This document shows positions 52,401 to 64,000 of a stretch of DNA of 64,000 bases, piece after piece. Each line of letters begins with the position of its first letter. The stretch's first letter is position 1. The DNA lies in contig NC_043000.1 in assembly GCF_006345805.1 (NCBI RefSeq), positions 80,104,001 to 80,168,000 of the forward strand, written 5' to 3'. This DNA comes from Octopus sinensis (Eukaryota). Below the pieces are notes generated by a model. The model did not search any database. It worked only from the letters and a program-made list of their open reading frames with translations, and was not told where the DNA came from. The position numbers and the translations under genes are program-made.

Positions 52401-55400
52401 AAATAATGTCCAATTCCCTCTCAAATCACATCTTAGTGTTTTAAAGAAAGGAGAAGGACTTATGGAATGATATAATTCCAAATATACTCTGTGAGATGTG
52501 TTCAAAAAGTATTCAACTTTATTTTTTCCCACCAAAACTAATTCTGTGTGAACAAAATCCTTTAGGAGGTGATGCCACCCTTTTCTGTATCACCTCCAAC
52601 CAACAAGATGTCAAGGTTATAACCCTTATTCATGTAACTAAGATGCCATACAGCTGACAACCTAAAGTGTTGTCAACTCTACAGAGATATTGTATGCTTA
52701 TAGCTTGACATCTGTAAAGAGCACTTTGTCATTCAACTCACTTTAAACTAGTAATTTGGCAGAGTTGTTTGAACATTTAATAGAAAGCTTTGCTGTATTT
52801 TTTTCTGATTCTTTGAATTCAGATCTTGTCAACATCAACTTTGCCTTTATCTTTTTGTAATAAACAAATGAAGTACCAGTCCAGACAGAAAATTGACAGA
52901 ATTATTAGTATTATGTAGGATTCTTTATGATATCCCTTTTGACAGTTTGCATCCTGGTGGCAATAAACTGCAGGAGAGAGGAGACGTTCATGCATGGGCA
53001 CCTATTTGTCATCCATAAAAAACCTTGGTCTGGCCTGCTTCAAGGAAAGGTATTTTCTAGGTCTCACATGGGAGAAATGGTTTCAAACTTTGGCACTAAG
53101 CCAGCAATTTTAGGGAAGGGGTAAGTCAGTTACATCACCCAAATATTTTATTGACCCTGAAAGGATGAAAGGCATAGTCAACCTTGGCAGAATTAGAATT
53201 CAGAATGGAAAGACTGACAAAATGCCACTAACCATTTTGCCTTGTGTGCTTACAATTCTGCCAGCCTGCTGTCTTCCTCATGAGATCAATGGTCAATTTA
53301 GACTTAGTCAATTACTTACATAACATAGGCTGGCTTGATCAGGAGCCTATGTTAGAATCTCTACCATGGTTACTTAACCTGCTAAACACAGCAGCTAAAT
53401 CTCTTTCATGCCATAACGTAACATCTTAAACAAGCAAGAATGGCAGTTTAGAACCAGACACTGTATGTTTGCATTAAAGGTAGGCTGATCATAGGTGAGA
53501 ATAGGTTTGTTGGATCAGAGTTATCCTAGAGCAAAATAACAGCAACTGCATCCCAACCAGGAAGAAGGGTACATCGAATCATGTAATCTTAGATGCATTA
53601 TGTCAGAATAAAAAGACTGACTTGTCACAGAGAAACAACTTTGATCATAGGTCCGGTGGATCAAGGCTGACCTGGGACTCACCATCAACAATAACATTAT
53701 AACCAGCTCAACCATCACTGACACAACACACCACTGCATACTTCCGCCCCCAACTAGGTCATTTGCTAATTTGGAAGAATGGTGAACAATGTATTCATTG
53801 TGAGATTTGGTTGTGTCCCTTTAACATTCTGCATTCTTTGTTTTTCATCCATCTGAGATTCATAAAATAATCATTATGGTTGATGAAGTCAGAGCTCCAG
53901 TATGACCACAGTCCAATGGACTAATAGACTTTTCCTTTCATTATCCTTTGCTGAGATCAATTAGGTAACTACTCTCTTTCTCACCCTCTAGCTCCCACTC
54001 TCTCACTCACTCTCTCCCTTGTTAACTGTATTGATGTAATTAGCAAGTAATTAACAATTAAATATGTCACCAGATCTTTCTCTCATTGAACACATTACCA
54101 TGTTAAGTGTACACGTCTCTCTTTCCCTCTCTTCTTCCCATTTTTTCCCTTTCCCTCCTATCTCTTTGTTTGTCTCTCTCCCTTTCTTTTCCCTTCTCTC
54201 TCTCATTAATTCTATTAATGTAATTAGAGAAAAATAATTATGTCAACTTGAAAATAATTTAGTTTTTTCCCCCCACACCAACATTATTTTGCCAATAAAT
54301 TTCACATCTAATTTTTGTCTTATGCAACGATATTTGTTGGTGTACGTGTGTGTGTGTACGTGTATGTGTGCTGTGTGTGTGTGTATGCTGTGTGTTGTAT
54401 GTGCTGGTGAGTGAGTATGTGTATGTGTGTGTAACATACACACATGTGTGTGTACATGTACAGGCATAGGTGTGTATATTGCTGTGTGTAGGAGTGTGTC
54501 TGTATGAATGTGTATACTTAAGCACATATACATCACACACACACACACACACAGTGAGAATAGCCTTAAGGAAATGTTCATAACTAAACTATTTACCATG
54601 TTTTTTTTCAATGATTGGAAGATTTGTGGATGTAGTGCAGCGTTTCCTTTATTTTTTTAATAGGGGACATAAAAAATTATTTTATTGTAGGATGACATCT
54701 AGGAAATTTATTATCTTTAGATGGGCATCAATTGTCTGTGTGTCATATGTAAGCACGTGTGTGCATGCCTATATGTATTTATGTGTGTGTGTATATACAG
54801 ATACAAATTTGTCTATCTAAACACACACATATATATATGTGTGCATACATACATACATATATATATATTAATAGATACTAACACATACAACTGTATAACT
54901 ATCAATACATACTAGTGTGTATAAATTGATTAAAAAGGTACACAATAAAAAAAACAGAACAACAATCATTAATTATAGTTAAAATTTTCTGTTTTTCAGA
55001 TGATTATAAGAGCCATAAATAATCAACTTGATTTTTCATAAAAGCATTTGAAAATAGTCCTTCATTTTCATTTGTTAGTCAAAATAACAATAGTCAGCAC
55101 ATAAATGTTGTTAGGGGACATGGATATCCAAAGTTCAATGTATATGAGAGTGCAATAAAATGAAAATATTCCCAGTTATGTGTTTTAGAAATTTAAAACA
55201 TATTATTTGTAGCTGCTGTGTCTATCGTGCAAAAAATAAGGTGAGTAATTCTTTAAAACCATTATGCTATCCATTCAGTTTAATGTTATTTTTTAAGAAA
55301 TTGAGATTTGTGCCAGTTAAAAATGAAATTAACTCTGAAAGTTCAGTTCTGCTTTTTCTATGTAATCTCCCTATCCTGCTAGAAACTGGATTATTTTTGA

Positions 55401-57229
55401 TGAAAAGCACTTAATCCAGGATAAAAATCTTTAAAATATAACAAATACCTGAATTTTAAACAACTGAAATGATGATTCTGGTAAAAATAATTCTTTTCAA
55501 AATTTCATTTACTCACATTTTGACCCCACCATTCCAGAATTTTCATGTAGCTCCTACTTTCATTCTTCTGTTGAGTAAGAGGAATTTTTCTTCGTTTTGA
55601 AGTATTATTTCTGTTTCAAACTAGCAAAATTACCATTCTTTAAAATAATATATTTTTGTAATTCCTTTTCTTACATTTCCATTTTACCTCAGCATCTCCA
55701 TAAATTTTTACCTGTTGTCATGTCTTACCAAGACGAGTTGATTGTAAAAACACTCATAAGTGATTTTACATATATTTACAAGATATTGATTCTTAGGTAG
55801 CAACATCCTAATTAAATTATTAATATGTATAAATAATAAAATAAAAATCATTAATAAATGATTTTACCAACAACAAATATATTTGAACTGTGGCTCAATG
55901 TGGTTTAGGATTGAGCAAAAAGTACAAATATGTGCATTAATGGACTTTAAGAGTTATGAATGTTTCATATATACACTTACCCTTATAAAAATACTTCTTG
56001 CTACTAATTGAAAGCAGGGTAGCCGTTAAAGGCATCAAGATATATTTCTTTATTCATTGCAAGACAGAATGAATTTTTTCTCTTGGATAAGCAAAGCTGA
56101 CAATTATTCCTTTATTGGTTGTAGTCCCTTGCAAACTCAGGAATTTATTTTATATGAAAATTTAAGTTCTTGATTTTAATCCCCAAATATATATATTGAA
56201 AAAATCCAATATATTTGGTCAAAGCCACTTGAGCTTAAATTTACATAAATTCCTTGCACACTTTTCCCATTCTTAAAATTATTCTTGCTATCAAGCAAAA
56301 ACAGGGTCAAAATCATGAAAACATTTGTCGTAACCCTATAATCTCTCTATCTGCCTATCTAGATCATCCTATATTTATATTCATATACCTAAAACTATAT
56401 GAATATAAATAAATAAATGAAAGAGAGACATTCTATGTTTTTAATATAAAATCTCTTATTTATATCATTTATAGATGATATTACGCAAACATAACTAGAG
56501 ATATATTTGGTGAAGAAAATATGTAGCCCTTGATACTGCTTCAGAAATGTTTTAAAAATTCAGCAGTTTGTTGATAAAGTAGTGTGCAAAAGGGTTGGCA
56601 TATTGATGAAAAGCTTGTTCAATTCTGTTTCATTCTATGGTGCTCTTTATAATTATTATTGTTATTCATTTAGCAATATGTTATAACGAAGCTAAGAAAT
56701 CTAATTATTCAATTCTGTTTACACTTGCTCTAAATCTCGAAAATTCCATCTCTTCTTGCTTTGTTATCTGCTATCATATCATTCAAATGGCCCATTGTTT
56801 CCCTGACCAGCCCTAATTCTGAAAATTTCACCGCTCTCCCTTTCTCTCTAAGTTTTGTTAACCACTTGCTTTTCCCATGTTGAGTGTTATTTAGTAGCTC
56901 GCTTTGTCTGTGGCTATCCCACATTGGCTTTTGCTAGGGAATAGGGCAGCCACAGTGCTTTGCTGTTTGTCGTGTGCCCTCCCATACCACCCCCACCACA
57001 TATACTGGAAGTCTTTCTCCTCTGACCACATCTGGATGTCTTACTCCTGAGAACCACTAATGGTTACTATGTGGAACACTTTCCCCTGCCCTTTCCCCTC
57101 CATCCCTATCTAGTTGAATGTAGTGAGTGATTATGAAGTGAATATAATGATGGTGAAGTGTATGCAGGTTGAAGCATTTTTGTATGTTTACGAGATCTGC
57201 CAAATGCACATGCATGGTTTCTTTTCAGA

Positions 57230-60200
57230 TGCACAATGCTGCTCTCCCTCATCTCAGGTCTCACCGGCCCACACCTTCCACACCCTCAGAGTAGGCACAC
57301 CTAATACTGGTTCATTGAAAGATAGGTCTGGTGAGATTGTCGAGATGCTTGAATGGAGATGTGTAAATTTGTGCTTCATCCAAGAAGTGAGGTGGAGAGG
57401 AAGTTCTACTAGGTTCCTCACGGGCAAAGAACAGATTTTCTATGTAGGGAATACGGATGGGGTTGGGGGCATGGGTATATTCCGTATGGTGAAATGGATT
57501 GATAACATAAATGAGGTAGTCAGGGTCTGTGATAGAATACTTAATCTTAGAGTAGTGCTGCAACATAGATTAGCAACCATATCTTGGCCTAAGCCCCTCA
57601 GCCAGGGTTACCTGGTAGATAGAAAGATCGGTTTTATGTCACCTCTTGCCGACTACCTTGTTGACAAATGACAGGAGCCTTCTCTTTGTGGCTGGTGATT
57701 TCAATGACTTCAACAGGCATGTTGGACAACATTCAGAGATCATCCATGGTTTACATGGTGGTAACGGATTTGATTCCAGGCTGCTGGAGTTCTGTGGTGC
57801 ACCCCACAACATTGGTTAGTAGTTAGTGACTTCAGGATCGGGGCTAAATGGTTGTCCAGAAGACGACCAGCATGGAAAAGAAGGGTTTGGAAGCTTAAGG
57901 ATTCTCTGAATAGACAGAGATTTAGAGATATATTGCTTGAAGCTTTTGACGAATAATGTGGAGGACAACTGGAGGTTCCTACAGGATAACCTGTTGAGGT
58001 TTACTGATCAGATCTGTGGCTGGTGCAAAGTCCCCTCTCTTTCTAAGGTAAGATGGGGGTGGAACAATGTAGTTAACAAGGCCATTAGGGAAAAGAAACA
58101 GGCATGGAAAGACTGGAAGTGAAGTGGTAGCAAGGAACTGTTTCAGATCGCCAGAAGGGAAGCTAGGAGACAGGTTTCCTCCCCTAGAGGGGAATAGATA
58201 AAAATTAAATTTGCCAATTTTCTGCATTGTGAGGACCAGAAACTTGAAGTGTTTTGAAATGCAAGACTGTGTAAAAGAAAATCGCAATGTCATACGAGAG
58301 AAATGTGTCTGCATGGATGATAGCTCAACTGCATTTAATGATGCTGCAAGGAGAGAGAGAGTTGGAGATGCCACTATGAAAGGTTGCTAACTGAAGAGAA
58401 TGAATGGGAGAAAGAGAGTCTGCCAAATGTTGACCCAACAGAGAGACAAGTTAGTTGAACTGACTGTACCTTGGTAGATAAAGCAATTAATGGTATGAAG
58501 ACAGAGAAAAACCCTGGCCCATCAGGACTCACTGCTGAGATGCTTAAAATATATGGCAGTGTAGGGTATTTTCTAGTTACATGTATAGTTAACCAAGTGA
58601 TACACGAAGGAGTCATACCCAATGACTGGTGCAGCAGCACCATAGTCAACTGCTGCAAAGGTAAAGGTGACACATTAGATACAAATAATTACAGAGATAT
58701 CAAATCATTGGATCAGGTAATGAAAGTCACAGAGAGGGTAATAGCCCAACTAATTAGGGAGAGAGTTAGTTTAGATGAGAGGCAGTTTGGGGTTGTGCCA
58801 GGGAGAAGCACCACTGATGCTATATTTCTGGTAAGGCAACTGCAGGAGAAATATCTAGCCAAAGATAAACCTCTGTACTTGGCTTTTGTTGACATGGAGA
58901 AAACCTTTGACAGGGTCCCCCAATCCCTTATCTGGTGGCCAATGCAGAAACTGGGGATAGACGAGTGGTTGGTAAGAGTTGTACAAGGATGCTGTCAGTA
59001 GGGTGAGGGTTTGCAATGAGTATAGTGAAGAATTCTGAGTAGAAGAAGAGGTTCACCAAGATCAGTCCTCAGCCCTCTCTTATTCATTATAGTCCTCCAG
59101 GCAATAACAGAGGAATTCAAGGCAGGCTGCCCCTGAGAGCTCCTCTATGCTGATGATCTTGCTCTAATAGCTGAGTCCCTACCAGAACTAGACATGAAGT
59201 TTAGAGTGTAGAAACAAGGTCTAGAATCGAAGGACCCTATGGTTAACCTAGCAAAAACCAAAATCTTAGTAAGTAGGAAGGCTGTCAAATCACAGACACC
59301 TTCAGGTAGATGGCCCTGCTCAATCTGTAGAAAAGGCATGGATAGAAACTCCATACAATGTACCCAGTGTAAGCTATTGACACATAAGAGGTGCAGCAAT
59401 ATCAAAAGAAGGTTAACCAGGAAGAGAGTTTTTGTGTGTGGCAGATGCACAGGGGCAATAAAAACTGAAGATTTACAGAAAACAGATTCCATCACATGTC
59501 AGGGGGAGAAACTAGAAGTAGTTAATAATTCTGCTACCTAGGCAACCAAGTCTGTAGTGGGGTGGCTGCTCTTAGAGTGTCACGGCTAGAATAAGAATAG
59601 CCTGGGCAAAGTTCAGAGAGCTCCTATTTCTGCTGGCAACTAAGGGCCTCTTGCGCATGATGAAAGGTAGACTGTATGATGCATGTGTGCAAACTGCCAT
59701 GCTATACAGCAGTGAAACATGGGACATAACTGCTGAGGACATGCATATGCCTGAAAGAAATGAAGCTAGTATGATCCACTGGAGGTGTAATGTCAGTGTG
59801 GATATACAAGAGAGTGTAAGCACCCTAAAAGAAAAGGTGGGCATAAGAAGCATCAAATTTGGTGTGCAAGAGAGATGACTGCACTGGTATGGTCATGTAT
59901 TATGTATGGATGAGGACAGCTGTGAGAGGAAGAGCCACTCCCTAACTGTGGAAGGAATCTGTGGAAGAGGTAGACCCAAAAAGACATGGGATTAGGTGGT
60001 GAAACATGACCTTCGAACATTGGGCCTCACAGAGGCAATGGACAGCAGACCGAGACCTGTGTAGATATGCTGTGACTGAGAAGACCCAGTAACTAAAGTG
60101 AGATTGCAGCCATGCATGTCTGGCCCATTTAATAATACCCCTGATGCATTGGACAATATGATATGCTTGAGAAGACCTATTGAGTCAAGTAAAACGAAAA

Positions 60201-60617
60201 TCATAGCTGTGGTTAGTACCCTCTGACTGGCTTCCATGCCATTGGCATGTAAAAAGCACTATCTGAATGTGATCGATGCCAGGACTGCTTGACTGGTCTC
60301 CGTGATGGTGGCATGTAGAAATCACCATCCGAACGTTGACAATGCCAGTATCCCCTGACTGGTCCCTTTGTCAGTGGCACATAAAAAGTACTATGCAAAC
60401 GTGATTGATGCCTGACCTGCCTGACTGGCTCCTGTGCCGGTAGCATGTAAAAGGTAACCATGTCACTCTCGGAATGGTTGGCATTAGGAAGGGCGTCCAG
60501 CTGTAAAAACATTGACTGATCAGATTGGAGCCTGGTGCAGCCGCTGGCTCTCCAGACCTCAGTCAAACCATCCAACCCATGCCAGCGTGGAAAGTGGACG
60601 TTAAACGATGATGGTGA
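57230..60617 (+). mobile_element. Near-full-length degenerate RTE LINE (APE + RT + PHD insert + 3' UTR)
   Basis: LRVGTPNTGSL...FIQEVRWRG (APE), gctggtgatttcaat (AGDFN), NPGPSGL, NYRDIKSL, AFVDMEKTFDRV, ctctatgctgatgat (LYADD); many stops and frameshifts; same family as 16557-18965. Confidence 0.92.
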
Positions 60618-60679
60618 TATATATATATTTAGTTATATAAATGCACATTCCTTCCCAATCAAATGCTTCTGGGTTCTTT

Positions 60680-60995
60680 TCTATTGTATGGCACCTAGTC
60701 AAGTGTCTTCTACTATGACCTCAGGTCAATCAAAGCCCTATGAGTGGATTTGGTAGATGTAAACTGAGAGAAACCCATCATGTGTGTGTGTGTGTTTGTG
60801 TGTGTTTTTGTGTATGTGTTTGTTTGTCCCCCACTACTGTTTAACAACTAGTGTCTGTAGCTTAGTGGTTCTCCTAAAAAGGCTGATAGAATAAGTACCA
60901 GGCTTTAAAAAAATAAGCGGTGGTGTTGATTCATTTAGCTAAAAATTCTTCAAAGTGGTGCCCCAGCATGACTGCAGTCTAATGACTGAGAAAAA
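60680..60995 (+). mobile_element. Family A SINE (5'-truncated, intact tail)
   Basis: gtcaagtgtcttctactat...gatagaataagtaccaggc...ggtggtgccccagcatg. Confidence 0.7.
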
Positions 60996-62196
60996 TGAAA
61001 AATAGAAGCTATATGTGTATGTACGTGTGTTTTCTGTGTAAATATCATCAAAGCATCCAGCAGAACTTCATTATAAATACATAAATGCAAATAAGAAATA
61101 TGGTCACCCCTAACCACATAGCAGTGATAAGACGTTAATAACGATTGAGATTGCAGCTGCAATTTTTTATTAACCTTTGTAATGAAAAAAAGATATATAG
61201 TTGGTGAGGAATACCTAGGTATGATGAATCTAAAGTGTAGCACACACCATCGGATATCACACACCTCTATGAAGTCATTCCTGCTAGAAACAGCAGCCAG
61301 ATTTTTCTTGATTTGTGCATTAGTATCTTAAAAGAGAAAGATTAGCAGAATATGTATTCCTAACTACATTTTGTCTGAATATTGATGGTAATGGTCAAAT
61401 TTGGAACGCCTTTGCTCTTTCAAAACTGACCTGTAGTTAAACGAAAAACAACAGCTCTTTAAGTGCTCAGTCAACCTGCTAAAGATAGTTAAATTTCCCT
61501 TAAATTGTCCTGTACTATCTTAAGAAAAAGAATGGTTATGTTGATAATATAAAGAGGTAATGTTTATCCTCACTAATCGTGACACCAGCATCTGTTTTGT
61601 CACCATTATTCTATAAATCTCTCTATATCTCTGGTGAGGAGATGAATCACTGAGAACTCTAGCAGTCGAGTGTCTAATATTGACAAGATCAAGGAAGGTC
61701 GAAATCACATGATCTGGTAGTCTTGGTGCTGGAGATAGTGAGGATTTATTTCCCTTTAACAATATAAACAAGTGTGCCTTTTGCACCAAAATCTAATATG
61801 TGGGTTTTTCTTATAACTATGGTAGTATAGTTTGTTCTGATAGGACATCCACATTTAAGTCGGGATAAATATTACCTCTTGGTATTAATATTAACTCTGT
61901 TGCTAATCTATATTGTTAATATAGTTATAGATGTTACTGTATCTGAATGCAAGATTAAAGAGATTTCTCCAAATATTTACCGGTTTGCTCACAGTTAGGT
62001 AGTCAATGGTTAATATATAAATCTAATAATAGGTCTCATAAAATAAGAATTTAGAGATATATTCCATCAGATAATTCTAAATATATTACCTTAACCATAT
62101 AGGTTTCCTGGGGCATATAATATCAATCATAATAATGATTATTATGAAGTGGCATAGCATTACCTTTAATTCCTTTTTATTTATACAGCTTTACAT

Positions 62197-62282
62197 AGAC
62201 CTACACATGTTTCAACCGCATCAATTAGTAACAGTTGCAATTACAACCCTACTATAATATTGGTGCAGTTTCTTCAGGGCCT
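62197..62282 (-). ncRNA. Type I hammerhead (left pLTR)
   Basis: AGGCC-CTGAAGA-AACTGCA...TGCGGTT-GAAAC-ATGT-GTA-GGTCT. Confidence 0.65.
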
Positions 62283-62883
62283 TCACTTTAATATCCTTTG
62301 ATTTAATTGTTTAAAGTTTTTCATTTATCAACTCTGCTTTAAATGATGCAGAGCTGTTTGTTAATTTAGACACAACTATCTTCAATACGAGTTTTGATTG
62401 GATAATCACATATAGCCCATTATTTCAAAACACCTTGTTGTTTAAAGGTTTATTAAGTTCATTTAGAGATTCCAGTAAGTCTAAGTAAATTAATCTGGTC
62501 AATTAAAGACAGAAACAAAGATTATACTATCAATTGGGAATTAATTAGTATTGCAAAACCATACAGATCTGGAACTAATAAATGTTACCTATGTTTAGAA
62601 GGATTTTAACAAATTTTTACATCTAAGGGTAATATAATAAATTCTAGACAGGAACAAGCTTTAAGATACTTGCACTTAAAAAAATTCACCTTTGCTCCAT
62701 ATAAATGAGTAATAAACATTTAAACAACATAACATTTTAAAATAACAGGCTATACGTGATTATCCAATGAAAACTTGAATCAAAGATAGTTTGCATCTAA
62801 ATTAATGAACAACTCTACATAATACAGTGCAGAGTTGATAAATGGAAAACTTTAAACAGTTAAATCAAAGGATATTAAAGTGA

Positions 62884-62969
62884 AGGCCCTGAAGAAACTG
62901 CACCAATATTATAGTAGGGTTGCAATTGCAACAGTTACTAATTGATGCAGTCGAAACATGTGTAGGTCT
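62884..62969 (+). ncRNA. Type I hammerhead (right pLTR)
   Basis: AGGCC-CTGAAGA-A-ACTGCA...TGCAGT-C-GAAAC-ATGT-GTA-GGTCT. Confidence 0.7.
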
Positions 62970-63082
62970 ATGTAAAGCTGTATAAATAAAAAGGAATTAA
63001 AGGTAATGCTAATGCCACTTCGTAATAAACTTTATTATTATTATTGATATATATATATTTAGAGGAAGATAGTTATGACCAG

Positions 63083-63199
63083 TTCATAGGGTTACCCAGC
63101 ATTTTGCATCCATAAAGCGCTGAGGCTACTGGCCATTAGGGAGAGACATATATAACGCTAAGTGCTTTACGGATGCAAAGCCCTGGGTAACCCTATGAA
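63083..63199. repeat. 39-bp imperfect inverted repeat, 39-nt loop
   Basis: ttcatagggttacccagcattttgcatccataaagcgct vs agtgctttacggatgcaaagccctgggtaaccctatgaa (5 mismatches). Confidence 0.88.
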
Positions 63200-64000
63200 T
63201 TTCTCTAAATACACTACTGCTCCATAACTAAGAGTGTGCTTCTCCTTCAAATTTATGATTAATTTATATATATATATATACAACGGTGTTTCGCTGGATG
63301 TTTGACCTAATTCTGATCTTTGTTTGTTGTGGTTTTCTGTCAATAAATAATAAATACTATAGGACCCAGTGCACTTATTTTCTCAGGAAGCAATAATACT
63401 GTTAAGAGTGTCCTCTGTGTGGGTATTGTATATGTACACACACACACACACACACACAAATGAACTTCTGAAAAGTATTAGTCAACAGAAGGCAACTGTA
63501 GAAGACATTTGTTTTACACCTAAGACACTGTGCAGTAGATTAGAATCTGGAATTATGTTATTGTGAAACAAACTACTTTACCACACAGCCAGACCTATGC
63601 ATCCATGAAAATTTCTAGTATATAATTCAGTTCATTACAACAAGCAGTACACCTACCATCACTTGCTATTTGTAACTTATATTTAGAACTCTAAATCATC
63701 GTCTCTATTCTTCATGACCAGTAATTGATTGCTTCTAGTAAACACACCATTTGCTAATCACAATATTAATTCATTGAGGATAATAACAAAATCAGACAGC
63801 TAGTCTCAAAGTAATAAAACAAACAGAACAGCAGCAATTACTTGAGCTATTAATGTTGATGCTTTTACAGCTTTTATTGGTGCAACAGGGATGTCAGCAG
63901 TTGAGATGAGTTAATAGCAGAGTGAGAAAAGCAAGGAAATCATTGGTGTGGTTTCATTGGTCACTAAGGAATTAATCCTTATTGACTTAACCAATCCACT

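Larger units (their letters stand above)
62139..63028. mobile_element. 5'-truncated PLE: ~325-bp inverted pLTRs around an EN C-terminus
   Basis: 62139-62466 is reverse-complementary to 62701-63028; the spacer 62472-62708 (+) translates SLSKLIWSIKD...INWELI..AKPY...KCYLCLE...INSRQE...KKF (one stop). Confidence 0.88.

Noticed and set aside
53050-53075. SRSH peptide suggesting the kinesin switch-I exon
   Set aside because: Surrounding residues are not kinesin-like and there is no suitable phase-2 acceptor.
61300-62130. Faint Penelope RT similarity on the minus strand (PGNLYG...RPII)
   Set aside because: Too degraded to support by eye; needs TBLASTN. The same applies to 3360-3840, 15000-16400 and 42170-42361.

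Overview
AT-rich, microsatellite-laden eukaryotic intronic DNA. The repeat types (RTE LINEs with (GAT)n tails, tRNA-SINEs, Penelope-like elements) point to a cephalopod, probably Octopus; this is an inference. The only host coding sequence I can support is two + strand exons of a KIF25-like kinesin-14 motor domain (26492-26641 and 49120-49281), joined by a 22.5-kb phase-2 intron. The rest is mobile DNA: at least three Penelope-like (PLE) lineages including a long GC-rich Neptune-type RT+GIY-YIG copy, two long RTE LINEs with a PHD finger inside the RT, Dong/R4-like RLE fragments stacked in (TAA)n, a Tc1/mariner relic, MITE- and Helitron-like pieces, SINEs and simple repeats. I read 11 type-I hammerhead ribozyme (HHR) motifs by eye. 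One has a perfect core and lies sense to the kinesin pre-mRNA; another has a compensatory G3-C8 core. The most notable structure is a 3.1-kb palindromic insertion (37414-40544) with a 7-bp TSD that splits a SINE. Each arm is a tRNA-like Pol III head + (AAT)n + hammerhead, and one arm's (AAT)n has captured three Dong-like fragments. Most listed ORFs are microsatellite or antisense artefacts. Element boundaries are manual estimates.
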